A DNA stretch of 56,644 bases from positions 1 to 56,644 of the forward strand of contig CAWJQU010000018.1 in the NCBI GenBank assembly GCA_963845145.1, written 5' to 3'. Within the stretch, counting starts at the first letter, position 1; each line of letters starts with the position of its first letter. Origin of the DNA: an uncultured delta proteobacterium (GTDB lineage: Bacteria; Desulfobacterota; Desulfobacteria; Desulfobacterales; QNYZ01). Made by a program: the position numbers and the translations under genes. The notes under the pieces were generated by a model that did no database searches, was not told the DNA's origin, and was given only the letters and a program-made list of their open reading frames with translations. Shown piece by piece: positions 11,482 through 21,108 of this stretch.

Positions 11482-12221
11482 CCCGCTGTGTCTCGTGATG
11501 TCGTGGAAAGGAGTTGGGCAATGTGCAATACCTTGGTGGAGATACCGCGACGTTGCAGTCGTCCGGATATGTTCATCAGGCATCCCATATCCCCACCAAC
11601 GACGGTATCGGCTCCGGTGGCAATGATTCGATCAATTTTATCATCACCCATGGCGGTGGATATGTCAGCGTATTTAACAGCAAAGCTCCCACCGAATCCG
11701 CAGCAGCGGTCGGATTCTTCCATCTCCACCAACCGGCAGCCGGCGATGTTTTCGATCAAGCGTCGGGGTTGTTCGCTGATTTGCAACCCATAACGCAGAT
11801 GACACGAATCGTGGTAGGTCACCTGTCCGTTATATTGGGCGCCGATATCGGACACACCGAGGATATCCACCAGATATTCGGTAAACTCATAGGTTTTCGC
11901 CGCAACTTCTTGGGCGCGGTTTAAAAGCCCGGGGGCGTCTTTTAACAGCTCCAGGTAGTGATGCCGGACCATGTGTACACACGATCCGGAAGGGCAGACA
12001 ATGGCCTCGGCGTTTTCAAAAATAGATAAAAACCGCGTCGCGGCTTTGCGGGCCTCCTTACGGTACCCGGTATTATAGGCGGGTTGCCCGCAACAGGTCT
12101 GTTCTACCGGATAGGAAAGTGTAAGGCCCAGACGTTCCAATACCCGCACCATGGTTTTGGCCACATCCGGATAAAAGGCATCCACCAGGCAGGGGATAAA
12201 GAGGGTGGCGGAAGAAGTCAT
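11478..12221 (-). CDS. lutA: L-lactate dehydrogenase CCG-domain subunit LutA/LldE
   Basis: QTCCGQP, SGSC, YHDSCH, CCGFGGSF motifs. Confidence 0.95.
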   Translation of the reverse strand: MTSSATLFIPCLVDAFYPDVAKTMVRVLERLGLTLSYPVEQTCCGQPAYNTGYRKEARKAATRFLSIFENAEAIVCPSGSCVHMVRHHYLELLKDAPGLLNRAQEVAAKTYEFTEYLVDILGVSDIGAQYNGQVTYHDSCHLRYGLQISEQPRRLIENIAGCRLVEMEESDRCCGFGGSFAVKYADISTAMGDDKIDRIIATGADTVVGGDMGCLMNISGRLQRRGISTKVLHIAQLLSTTSRDTAG

Positions 12222-13612
12222 TATTGGTTTGGAAAGATTTTGCCTGGGTTAAGAATGCCATTGGGGTCAAACACGGTTTTGATCCGCTGCATCCATTGGA
12301 GGCTGTTGCCGTGCTCGGCGAACATATAAGGCTGTTTGCCGACGCCCACCCCATGTTCGCCGGTGGCTGTGCCGCCCAATGACAGCGCTTTTCCCACGAG
12401 GGTGTCGGTAAGGGCGTCCACTTGTTTCCACTGGTTCGTATCCTCTTTTTGTCCCACCACGTTGATATGGATGTTGCCATCTCCGGCATGGCTGAAAATA
12501 TAGCCGATCAGTCCCGACGATTGCAATGCCCGGCGCGATTCACCGATCATTTCAGAAAAGGTCGATACCGGTACGGCCATGTCCATGATGCGAATGCGGC
12601 CTCCGGGGTGATTTTGTTTGATGATTTCCCCGAGTTCATGGCGGGCTTCAAAAAGGCGGTTGCGCTCCTCTCTTCCCAATCCCGGACGAAATTCATCGCA
12701 CCCGATCTCCTCGCAAATAGCCTGAGCGATATCCATGATCTCCGTTAGTTGATTCAACGTGGGGCCTGAAAATTCCATAAACAGGGTAGGGGACACAGGC
12801 AATTCGAGATGTTTTTCACGATTTAACAGGGTAACACATTCGGTATCCAATAACTCCAATGCCGTGGGGTCGAGTCCGGCCCTGATGAGTTCGAATACCG
12901 CCCGGCTACCCGCTTCCACGGTTTTGAAAGTGCTTATGGCCGCTGAAAACTCCGCCGGTCTTCCGGTCAGTCGAACCGTTGCTTTAACGACGATACCCAG
13001 TGTACCCTCGGAACCCACGAAGAGTCGAATCAGATCGTAGGCGGAGGATGTCTTTTTAACATGGCTTCCCAGGTTAATGATTTCACCATTGGCAAGGACG
13101 ACGGTTAGTTTCAGAATATAATCCTTGGTGGAGCCGTAATGAAGGGTACTCGTACCCCCGGCATTATTGGCAATCATGCCGCCAATGGTAGCGCGGGCAC
13201 CGGGATCCGGGGGAAAAAAGAGACCGGTATGACGAAGTTCGGTGTTCAAATCCTGGTATATGAGGCCGGGCTCCACATCCACTTGGAAATCCTCTTCCCG
13301 GACCTCTATTATCCGATTCATTTGTGCAAAGTCTAGGACGATTCCCTGCCGAATGGGAATGGGGTTGCCCTCCAGGCTCGATCCGGAGCCCCAGCCGGTA
13401 ACCGGAATACGGTGGTCATTGGCGTAAGTCATAACGGCCACTACTTCGGACGTTTTGGCGGGCCATATGACCACTTCCGGTCGCTGAGGATGATGATGGG
13501 ACTGATCCTTGGCATGGAGGTCAAGCACGGATTCTCCCGTGGAGAACCGTGACGGATCCACCATGGCGGCCAGGGCCTCAAGATGGGCTGGTGTTAGGGG
13601 GGTGAATGTCAA
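12221..13612 (-). CDS. FAD-linked 2-hydroxy-acid oxidoreductase (GlcD/D-lactate dehydrogenase family)
   Basis: GSGSSLEG, FPPDPG...TIGGMIANNAGG, GSEGTLG, HAGDGNIH, GEHGVG, DPNGILNPGK. Probable TTG start at 13612 with GGGAG RBS. Confidence 0.92.
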   Translation of the reverse strand: MTFTPLTPAHLEALAAMVDPSRFSTGESVLDLHAKDQSHHHPQRPEVVIWPAKTSEVVAVMTYANDHRIPVTGWGSGSSLEGNPIPIRQGIVLDFAQMNRIIEVREEDFQVDVEPGLIYQDLNTELRHTGLFFPPDPGARATIGGMIANNAGGTSTLHYGSTKDYILKLTVVLANGEIINLGSHVKKTSSAYDLIRLFVGSEGTLGIVVKATVRLTGRPAEFSAAISTFKTVEAGSRAVFELIRAGLDPTALELLDTECVTLLNREKHLELPVSPTLFMEFSGPTLNQLTEIMDIAQAICEEIGCDEFRPGLGREERNRLFEARHELGEIIKQNHPGGRIRIMDMAVPVSTFSEMIGESRRALQSSGLIGYIFSHAGDGNIHINVVGQKEDTNQWKQVDALTDTLVGKALSLGGTATGEHGVGVGKQPYMFAEHGNSLQWMQRIKTVFDPNGILNPGKIFPNQ

Positions 13613-13631
13613 TGGAAGTCTCCCGCTTTGA

Positions 13632-13723
13632 TTAAAGATTGATGATTGAAGCTTGACGATTGATACTGTTGATAACACCTGCCATCATACCATATTAAAG
13701 AGCATCAATCGTCATTCTTCAAT
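13632..13723. repeat. Heptamer-repeat inverted repeat in the divergent intergenic region
   Basis: Units TTAAAGA TTGATGA TTGAAGC TTGACGA TTGATAC (13632-13666); 13645-13667 matches the reverse complement of 13701-13723 at 20/23. Confidence 0.7.
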
Positions 13724-13810
13724 TGTCTTTCGACGGCTGTATGTGTTAGCCATATGATCTCATTATGCCTAAATCATATCATATCACCTTTTAAGAATAC
13801 AGGATGAACC

Positions 13811-14965
13811 ATGCGGTCTGTGAATTATGTGGCCAAGGGCGCTGAACGCTATGTCGTTGGCCAAACACCAGCCTTTGATCAAAAAAATGAAATGTTCAAA
13901 CGCCCCTGGTGGGACCCGGCTATGGCGGGGTTAGGGGAGCGGTTTTACCATGCGGCCGTTATGCCGAAAGCAATGCGTGGCTATCGGTTAACCGATTTTT
14001 CGCTGGTCAACGCCTCCTGGCGGCTGGAAAAAGAGTTCGCCCAAGGGGCACGTGGCGGGCGGATGGGGCTTTACGACTGGAATTGGGATGGCCATTTCGG
14101 CTTTCCCCGTGTGCCGCCCGGGTTGAAAATCGATAGCGATGACCCTGAGCATGTCTCGCGAATGGTTAAACAGGCCGCTTCTTTTTTCGGCGCATCCCTT
14201 GCCGGCATTTGTGAGCTGGATCGTCGCTGGCTATATGCCCCCGCCTATCATGTGACGGCTGACGGTGGAAAAAAAGTAGACAATACAATTCCAGAAACGT
14301 TTCGCTATGCTATCGCCATCGCCGTTGAGATGGATTACGACATGATTCAGGCCTCACCAGGCGCCCCGGCCTCAGCGGCCACCGGACAAGGATATTCGAA
14401 AATGGCTTATGTGGCAGGACTGCTGGCGCTATTTATTCGCGGGTTGGGCTATCAGGCGATTCCCTGCGGAAACGACACGGCTTGCAGCATACCCATCGCC
14501 ATTGATGCTGGCTTGGGAGAGATCGCCCGCAACGGGTTGCTGGTCACACCGGAATATGGGCCCCGCGTTCGTCTGGCCAAGGTATTGACCGATCTGCCTC
14601 TGGCTGTTGATCGCCCCATTGAGTTTGGTGTTGAGGCATTTTGTCGAATGTGTAAAAAATGTGCCAAAAAGTGTCCCAGTCGCAGCATTTCCCATGATGA
14701 GGTCTCCGCTGAAACGCACAATATCTCAAACCGTGAAGGGGTAAATACCTGGCATATCAATGCCGAAACCTGTCTTGCCTTTTGGGCAAAAAACGGCACG
14801 GATTGCTCCAACTGTATTCGGACCTGCCCATTTAACAAACCCGCGGGCAAGCTACATGATTGGGTACGGTGGGGAATCAATCGAACACCCTGGCTTCACT
14901 CGCTATTTCTATGGGGTGATGATGTGATGGGGTATGGCAAAAAGAGAGATCCTAATCTGTTTTAA
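13811..14965 (+). CDS. rdhA: Cobalamin/2x[4Fe-4S] reductive dehalogenase family protein, no Tat signal
   Basis: VKQAASFFGASLAGICEL, LGYQAIPCGN, IPIAIDAGLGEIARNGLLVTPEYGPRVRLAKVLTDLPL, FCRMCKKCAKKCP and CLAFW...DCSNCIRTCP. Confidence 0.85.
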   Translation: MRSVNYVAKGAERYVVGQTPAFDQKNEMFKRPWWDPAMAGLGERFYHAAVMPKAMRGYRLTDFSLVNASWRLEKEFAQGARGGRMGLYDWNWDGHFGFPRVPPGLKIDSDDPEHVSRMVKQAASFFGASLAGICELDRRWLYAPAYHVTADGGKKVDNTIPETFRYAIAIAVEMDYDMIQASPGAPASAATGQGYSKMAYVAGLLALFIRGLGYQAIPCGNDTACSIPIAIDAGLGEIARNGLLVTPEYGPRVRLAKVLTDLPLAVDRPIEFGVEAFCRMCKKCAKKCPSRSISHDEVSAETHNISNREGVNTWHINAETCLAFWAKNGTDCSNCIRTCPFNKPAGKLHDWVRWGINRTPWLHSLFLWGDDVMGYGKKRDPNLF

Positions 14966-15087
14966 GCCGTGAAATTAAAGCCAATCGGATAGATACTTAA
15001 GCAATTGCATCTTGCGTTTGATGAGGTGGTTTAATATATATCAACCTATCCAGATATTATCGCACTCATCGTGAAAGGAGAGGAAAA

Positions 15088-16374
15088 ATGGGCAAAAGAG
15101 AAGCAGGTCAAAAAGGCGTCGATCGTAGGACTTTCTTAAAGGTAACCGGTGCCGCAGGTGTTGGTGTGATGGCAACCACCTTTGGGGTTCCGAAGCTGCT
15201 TCGGGCCGCTCCCTCGCCGATTAAAATTGGGTCCGTCCAACCGGCTACCGGACCGCTGGCCGTCATCGGTGTTGGACAACGCCGTGGAAACCAGCTGGCC
15301 GTGGATTATATTAATTCCAAAGGGGGAATTAAATCTTTGGGGGGGGCCAAGCTGGAACTACTTTTAGGCGATAGTGAAAGCAAGCCGGAAACCGGCCGTT
15401 CAGAAGCCGACCGATTGATTAAAGAAGGGGCCGCAGTGTTGACCGGTCCTTTCCAAAGTGGTGTGGCCTTGGCCATTTCCACGTTGTGCGAGCAAAGACA
15501 GATCCCTTTTGTTATGGATGTGGCGGCCTTAGATAAGATCACCGATAAGGGCTATAAACATACTTTTCGCGTGTTCATTACCGTTAAGGGGCTTTTGAAC
15601 GGCGCGGTTAAATATTTAAAAATGGTCACCGAGATGAAGGGGGTCATGCCTAAAAGGGCCGTTGTAACCAATACGGCGGATGCCTTTGGTAAAGGGATGT
15701 CCGGCGGGTTTGTCAAGTTTATGGAAAAATCCGGTCTGCCCATAGAGATTGTCGATAAAGTGGAGTATCCGCTGGGTATTCATGATCTGTCCGCCGAAGT
15801 GGCCCGGATAAAAGCCGCCAAACCCGATATTCTTTTTCCAGTCTCCAGGCCTGGCGATGGCATTTTATTGACACGGGAGATGTATAAGCAGCGTGTTGAG
15901 CTCATGGGCATCTATGGCCCCGGTTCACCAGGATGGTATGAACCCGATGTCATCAAAGACCTGGATAAGTTGATTTACTATGTGATGATCAATGTTCCCT
16001 GGATTAATCCCAATAACAGCGTTTACCAGCAAGCCGATGCGGCCTTCCTGAAAGCCCATGACAAATATCTGGATACCAATAGTGCCTATGCCTATACAGG
16101 TGTTTTGGTGATTGCCGATGCCATCGAACGGGCGGGATCCACCGATCCGGATAAGATTATCGCTGCATTACGTCAGACCAATTTTACAGATCACCCCTTG
16201 GTGGGCGGTCCAGTTAAGTTTGACGAAAAAGGAGATAACACCGGCGCTTTGACAGCCCTGATTCAAGTGCAACCGGATCCCGATCCGTTAAAACGGATCA
16301 AGATTGTCGCACCCAAAGAATTCGCCCAGTCGGACGAAATCGTATTTCCGGCACCACCGCTTTGGGAGCGCTAA
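15088..16374 (+). CDS. HAAT/Liv-family ABC substrate-binding protein with Tat signal
   Basis: DRRTFLK twin-arginine motif; IKIGSVQPATGPLA; INSKGGIKSLGG; DAIERAGSTD. Confidence 0.92.
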   Translation: MGKREAGQKGVDRRTFLKVTGAAGVGVMATTFGVPKLLRAAPSPIKIGSVQPATGPLAVIGVGQRRGNQLAVDYINSKGGIKSLGGAKLELLLGDSESKPETGRSEADRLIKEGAAVLTGPFQSGVALAISTLCEQRQIPFVMDVAALDKITDKGYKHTFRVFITVKGLLNGAVKYLKMVTEMKGVMPKRAVVTNTADAFGKGMSGGFVKFMEKSGLPIEIVDKVEYPLGIHDLSAEVARIKAAKPDILFPVSRPGDGILLTREMYKQRVELMGIYGPGSPGWYEPDVIKDLDKLIYYVMINVPWINPNNSVYQQADAAFLKAHDKYLDTNSAYAYTGVLVIADAIERAGSTDPDKIIAALRQTNFTDHPLVGGPVKFDEKGDNTGALTALIQVQPDPDPLKRIKIVAPKEFAQSDEIVFPAPPLWER

Positions 16375-16378
16375 ACAT

Positions 16379-17248
16379 ATGGACCCGATCCTTGCGGCTC
16401 AATTAACCATCCAAGGGATTCTATTGGGAGGGATCTATGGCCTCATCGCCTTGGGTCTATCCCTGATTTTTGGTGTGATGGGGGTGATCAATTTTGCCCA
16501 TGGGCAGCTGATGGTGATGGCTATGTACATCTCCTACTGGATTTTTGTTCTTCTGGGGATTGATCCATATCTTTCGCTGGTATTTGTTATCGGTGCGGCG
16601 TTTGCCTTGGGCTATCTGATTCAGGCCACAGTGGTCAATCGAATCCTCGACTATCCCGAAGCAATGCAGGTATTGCCCCTGGTGGCGGTGGGTCTCATTC
16701 TTGAAAACAGCGCGCTTTTATTCTGGGGGCCGGATCATCGCAGCCCCCAGACCGTTTTTAGCCTGGAAACCCTTTGGGTGGGGCCGGTAATGATCGATGT
16801 TTCCCGGTTGATAGCGTTTATCCTTGCCATTTTGATTACGGTGGCCATTTTTATTTTTCTAAAAAAAACAGATACCGGAAAGCGTATTCGGGCGGCATCC
16901 GATAATCGAACCGGTGCCATTTTGGTCGGTATACCGGTGGACCGCGTCCATAATATCTCTTTCGGTCTGGGAGCGGCCGCTACCGGTGCGGCAGGTGTCC
17001 TGCTATTGCCCTTGATGCCCTTGTCTCCGCACATGGGTCACGATTTCACCCTGACGGCCTTTATCGTCGTAATCCTGGGAGGTATGGGCAACCTGCTCGG
17101 TGCTTTAATCGGTGGCCTGATCCTCGGGGTGGCCGAGTCGACTTCCACATTGTTTTTACCGGCCACGCTTAAGCAGGTGGTCAGTTTTACCATTCTCATC
17201 GTCATCATGTTGATTCGGCCCCAAGGCCTATTCGCGGGGAAGAAATGA
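16379..17248 (+). CDS. livH: Liv-type ABC permease
   Basis: GLSLIFGVMGVINFAHG; GKRIRAASDN; RPQGLF. Confidence 0.93.
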   Translation: MDPILAAQLTIQGILLGGIYGLIALGLSLIFGVMGVINFAHGQLMVMAMYISYWIFVLLGIDPYLSLVFVIGAAFALGYLIQATVVNRILDYPEAMQVLPLVAVGLILENSALLFWGPDHRSPQTVFSLETLWVGPVMIDVSRLIAFILAILITVAIFIFLKKTDTGKRIRAASDNRTGAILVGIPVDRVHNISFGLGAAATGAAGVLLLPLMPLSPHMGHDFTLTAFIVVILGGMGNLLGALIGGLILGVAESTSTLFLPATLKQVVSFTILIVIMLIRPQGLFAGKK

Positions 17249-18219
17249 ACCGATTTTATATCTTTCTGGCCTTGGTATTTACGATATTGATGATACTCCC
17301 GTTATTTTTGGGTAATTATGTTTTGGGTATCTTCGTGATGATATTTTTCTGGGGTTATGTCGGACAATCCTGGAATGTGTTGACCGGCTACACGGGGCAT
17401 ATATCCTTAGGGCATGCACTTTATCTTGGTATCGGGGCTTATGCGACTACTTTTTTTGCCCAAAACTTTGGGGTGACACCATGGATTGGCATGTTTATCG
17501 CGGGAATAATCGCCAGCGGTATCGCTCTTTTTTTGGGGTTTCTCGGGTTCCGGTTTGGCATGCGAGGCGTTTATTTTGTTATCCTGACCATCGCCTTCGC
17601 GGAGATTACACGATTAATCGTATCGCATATTGAAGCGCTTGGATCATTTACGGGTATTTTTCTAGATTTTGAACCCTCCTTTTTAAATTTTCAATTCAAG
17701 GGGAATGTGCCCTATTATTATATTTCGTTTGGTTTTATGATCGCCTCTTTGATCGCCGTTCGCCTAATCGAGATCTCAAAATTGGGAAAATTCATGGTGG
17801 CCATTCGTGAAGATGAGGAGGCTGCCCAGGCGCTAGGCGTCAATACGTTTAAATATAATATGATTGCCATTGCCATTAGCGCCTATATGACGTCGCTGGC
17901 CGGCGCGTTCTATGCAAACTATATTTTTTATCTGCATCCCAATACCATGTTCGGCATGAGCACGAGTATCGACTTGATTTTAAGACCGATCATCGGCGGA
18001 TTGGGAACCATTTTTGGGCCGATCCTGGGGTCATTTATCCTAACACCGCTTTCGGAAGTATCTCGGGCCTATTTTGCCAAAGGTGGGCTCGAGGGACTGC
18101 ATTTGATTTTATACGGGATTATAGCCATCTTGGTTGTTTTATTCATGCCCAAAGGGATTATCATTTACGTCCAACGGCTGTTAGGCCCCATTATCGGTCA
18201 CAGCAGCAAGAACAAATAA
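17245..18219 (+). CDS. livM: Liv-type ABC permease
   Basis: GYTGHISLGHA; GVYFVILTIAF; AIREDEEAAQALG. Confidence 0.93.
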   Translation: MNRFYIFLALVFTILMILPLFLGNYVLGIFVMIFFWGYVGQSWNVLTGYTGHISLGHALYLGIGAYATTFFAQNFGVTPWIGMFIAGIIASGIALFLGFLGFRFGMRGVYFVILTIAFAEITRLIVSHIEALGSFTGIFLDFEPSFLNFQFKGNVPYYYISFGFMIASLIAVRLIEISKLGKFMVAIREDEEAAQALGVNTFKYNMIAIAISAYMTSLAGAFYANYIFYLHPNTMFGMSTSIDLILRPIIGGLGTIFGPILGSFILTPLSEVSRAYFAKGGLEGLHLILYGIIAILVVLFMPKGIIIYVQRLLGPIIGHSSKNK

Positions 18220-18223
18220 TCAG

Positions 18224-18955
18224 ATGACTCTTTTAAAAGCTGAAAATTTATCAAAACAATTTGGTGGCCTTCGCGCCATTGATGCCCTCTCTTTCTCTTT
18301 AGAGAAAGGAGAAGTCCTTGGCCTGATTGGTCCTAATGGGGCGGGCAAGACCACGGTGTTCAATTGTCTAAGTGGGTTTTTGCATCCTGATGGTGGTACC
18401 ATAGCTTTTGAAAATAAACCCTTAAACCATCTACAGCCTTATCAGGTTTGCCAACTGGGAATTGCGCGGACCTTTCAGATCGTTAAGCCGTTTCAGACGA
18501 TCTCGGTACTGGAAAACGTTATGGTCGGTGCGCTTTCCAAGGAAAAATCGGTTCAGCAAGCCAAGCAAAAATCATTGGAGATTATTGAGTTTGTTGGTTT
18601 ATTGGAATGGGTCCACAAGGATGGCCAGGATCTGCCTCTGCCCCTGCGGAAAAGGCTTGAACTGGCCCGGGCTTTGGCGACTCAGCCCAAGGTTATTCTG
18701 CTGGACGAGGTGATGGCAGGCTTAAATCCCACCGAGGTTGACGAGCTGATTGTTCTATTGAAAGAACTCAACGGACAAGGGCTTACCATCTTTTTAATTG
18801 AACATGTGATGCGCGGTGTTATGGCGCTATCAAAACGGGTTATTGTTATCAATTATGGGGTAAAAATTGCCGAAGGAATCCCCGAGGACGTCGTTAAGGA
18901 CAAGGGAGTAATCGAGGCCTATCTGGGTAAGGAGTTTTTAAGTGCTCAAGGTTAG
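18224..18955 (+). CDS. livG: Liv-type ABC ATPase
   Basis: GPNGAGKTT, GIARTFQ, LLDEVMAGL, AYLG. Confidence 0.94.
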   Translation: MTLLKAENLSKQFGGLRAIDALSFSLEKGEVLGLIGPNGAGKTTVFNCLSGFLHPDGGTIAFENKPLNHLQPYQVCQLGIARTFQIVKPFQTISVLENVMVGALSKEKSVQQAKQKSLEIIEFVGLLEWVHKDGQDLPLPLRKRLELARALATQPKVILLDEVMAGLNPTEVDELIVLLKELNGQGLTIFLIEHVMRGVMALSKRVIVINYGVKIAEGIPEDVVKDKGVIEAYLGKEFLSAQG

Positions 18956-19646
18956 CGGCATAGATGTATATTATGGTGATATGCAGGCCTTAGAAGGTAT
19001 CGATATTGATATCCAAAAAGGTGAAATTGTATCTGTGGTCGGTTCCAACGGCGCCGGCAAATCCACTTTGCTCAAGGCTATTTCCGGTATACAACGCCCT
19101 CGTAAGGGCAATGTTTTTTTCAACGAGGACGAATTGGCCCATGCCTCTACTTCGCAGATTGTCGAAAAAGGAATCAGTCACGTTCCCGAGGGCAGGCAGC
19201 TCTTTCCGACCATGACCGTCCTTGAAAACCTTGAAATGGGTGCCCAGTTTCCACGGTCAAAAAAGATAAAACTTAAAACTTTAGAACAGGTCTTCACTTA
19301 CTTTCCCAGGCTCAAAGAGCGTCTCGCTCAAAAAGCGGGTACATTAAGCGGCGGTGAACAGCAGATGGTGGCTATCGGGCGGGGTTTGATGTCGGTGCCG
19401 GATTTGATGATGCTCGATGAACCCTCTTTAGGCTTGGCACCGGTTCTGGTTACCAAAATATTTGAAATCATCGAAAAGATAAACCGCGAGGGGACCTCCA
19501 TTTTATTGATCGAACAAAATGTATACCATTCTCTCAAGATTTCCAACCGAGGGTTCGTATTGGAAAACGGACACGTTGCGCTTACTGGAAAGGGTAAAGA
19601 TCTCCTGTCCAACTCACATATTCGCAAAACTTATTTAGGGTTATAG
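18942..19646 (+). CDS. livF: Liv-type ABC ATPase
   Basis: GSNGAGKS, VPEGRQLF, LSGGEQQM, LDEPSLGLAP. Confidence 0.95.
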   Translation: MLKVSGIDVYYGDMQALEGIDIDIQKGEIVSVVGSNGAGKSTLLKAISGIQRPRKGNVFFNEDELAHASTSQIVEKGISHVPEGRQLFPTMTVLENLEMGAQFPRSKKIKLKTLEQVFTYFPRLKERLAQKAGTLSGGEQQMVAIGRGLMSVPDLMMLDEPSLGLAPVLVTKIFEIIEKINREGTSILLIEQNVYHSLKISNRGFVLENGHVALTGKGKDLLSNSHIRKTYLGL

Positions 19647-19742
19647 GTAGAGCGAAGTGGCCCCCCCATAAGTATAAACGTTGCCCGGTAATCTCTGAAC
19701 ACAATAACCTGTGAATAAAACAAATTAGGGGAAGGAATAAAG

Positions 19743-20132
19743 ATGATACCACCTAAAGGTGTGGTTAATACCGACAAGGCCGCCGTTACAGGAGGGCCTT
19801 ACGCACAAGCCGTGATTTATAACGGTTTGATCTATGTATCCGGGCAAGGCGCGGTTGACCCTGTCACCAATGAAATCCGCTTGGGAACCATTGAGGAGGA
19901 AACCGCTTTGGGGATGGATAACCTCCGGATTGTTCTGGATGAGGCCGGTTCGGGGCTTGAAAAACTTTTGACCATCACCGTATATTTGCGTGATATGGAT
20001 GATTATGCCCGGTTTAACGCGGCCTACAAAAACTATTTTAAAAACGAAAATCTTCCCGCACGCACTTGCATCCAGGCGGGTGGCTTGCCTTTTGGTGTTC
20101 GGGTGGAGATAACGGCGACGGCGTACATATAG
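19743..20132 (+). CDS. ridA: RidA/YjgF enamine-imine deaminase
   Basis: GPYAQA, YVSGQ, FNAAY, PARTC (catalytic Arg), LPFGVRVEI. Confidence 0.9.
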   Translation: MIPPKGVVNTDKAAVTGGPYAQAVIYNGLIYVSGQGAVDPVTNEIRLGTIEEETALGMDNLRIVLDEAGSGLEKLLTITVYLRDMDDYARFNAAYKNYFKNENLPARTCIQAGGLPFGVRVEITATAYI

Positions 20133-20153
20133 AATGAAAAGAGGTGATATTTG

Positions 20154-20483
20154 ATGAATTTTTATGAAATTAGCTCGATTGACCCTAAGCAACTCGCCGA
20201 AGGCGTATCGATTCGGGTGATTGCCGGCGAAAAGATGACCATGGTTGTCTTTTCAATGAAAAAAGGCGCACAGATCCCTGAGCATTCTCACCCCCATGAG
20301 CAAATGGGGTTGGTGTCGGCAGGAAAAATGAATCTGGTTGTGGACGGAGAAGCACAGACCGTTCAACCCGGAGCGGCTTGGCATATCCCGGGCGATGTCG
20401 TCCACAGCGGCGAATGCCTTGAAGATGATACGGTTGTGGTGGAGTTTTTTTCGCCACCCCGGGAGGACTTCGTTCAGCAATAA
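20154..20483 (+). CDS. Cupin_2 domain protein (KdgF-like)
   Basis: PEHSHPHEQ and IPGDVVH metal-binding motifs; FSPPRED C-terminus. Confidence 0.9.
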   Translation: MNFYEISSIDPKQLAEGVSIRVIAGEKMTMVVFSMKKGAQIPEHSHPHEQMGLVSAGKMNLVVDGEAQTVQPGAAWHIPGDVVHSGECLEDDTVVVEFFSPPREDFVQQ

Positions 20484-20498
20484 CCTAATACTGCAACG

Positions 20499-20539
20499 AT
20501 CGATATACAGGTGAACCCGGAGCGACTTGCTATATCGAT
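20499..20539. terminator. Hairpin between convergent genes
   Basis: ATCGATATA (20499-20507) / TATATCGAT (20531-20539). Confidence 0.45.
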
Positions 20540-20552
20540 TTATTGGGTTTGC

Positions 20553-20786
20553 TTATTTGACCATGCCATCTTCAACGGAGAGCCCCCACCATACCTGTTC
20601 GGTTGATTTTTCAACGGACCCCATGTCCTGATGATGCTTATAGCCTCCCCAGCTATATTTTAAATGATCCCAGTTCTTATACATGGAGTCATGTTCTAAA
20701 AATTCCGACCGTTGGGTCGCTGCGCCGCACCCCATAATCAATACGCCGGCAATGATCAGGGCAAACAAAAGGTTCAATTTTTTCAT
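20553..20786 (-). CDS. Small lipoprotein of unknown function
   Basis: MKK plus hydrophobic stretch plus lipobox IMGC; AAGGAG RBS. Confidence 0.8.
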   Translation of the reverse strand: MKKLNLLFALIIAGVLIMGCGAATQRSEFLEHDSMYKNWDHLKYSWGGYKHHQDMGSVEKSTEQVWWGLSVEDGMVK

Positions 20787-20825
20787 ATCGTCTCCTTGGG
20801 TTGTTTAGTGCAAAGAATACTGAAT

Positions 20826-21014
20826 TCACTCGAGGCGTGATATAATCGAATCCGTCAGTGAGTCGTCATCCTTTTTGAAAAATGGGATCAATTGAGAAGC
20901 GATGTCGCTCAGTGATTTTAATTTATGTTGTCGCATAATGTTTTGAATTTTTTCCACGCCATCCTCAATAAGCTTCAAACCTTCGGCAACCTCGACAATA
21001 TCTGTTTTATTCAT
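20826..21014 (-). CDS. Small hypothetical helical protein
   Basis: 62 aa, AGAGG RBS, amphipathic pattern, same strand as neighbours. Confidence 0.55.
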   Translation of the reverse strand: MNKTDIVEVAEGLKLIEDGVEKIQNIMRQHKLKSLSDIASQLIPFFKKDDDSLTDSIISRLE

Positions 21015-21108
21015 GGGTCATGCCTCTTTTTAGAGTATTAGTCTGACTGTAAATTCAATCCGAACAATGTCAATGGCAAGGCGTATCATCTTTAGCCGGA
21101 AATGAATA

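Noticed and set aside
13811..14965. Epoxyqueuosine reductase QueG
   Set aside because: The motif pattern (FDQKNEMF, AGLGEIARNG...GPRVRL, CKKCAKKCP, W-x-I-x3-C...C-x2-C-x3-CP) fits the RdhA branch better; not fully excluded without a tree.
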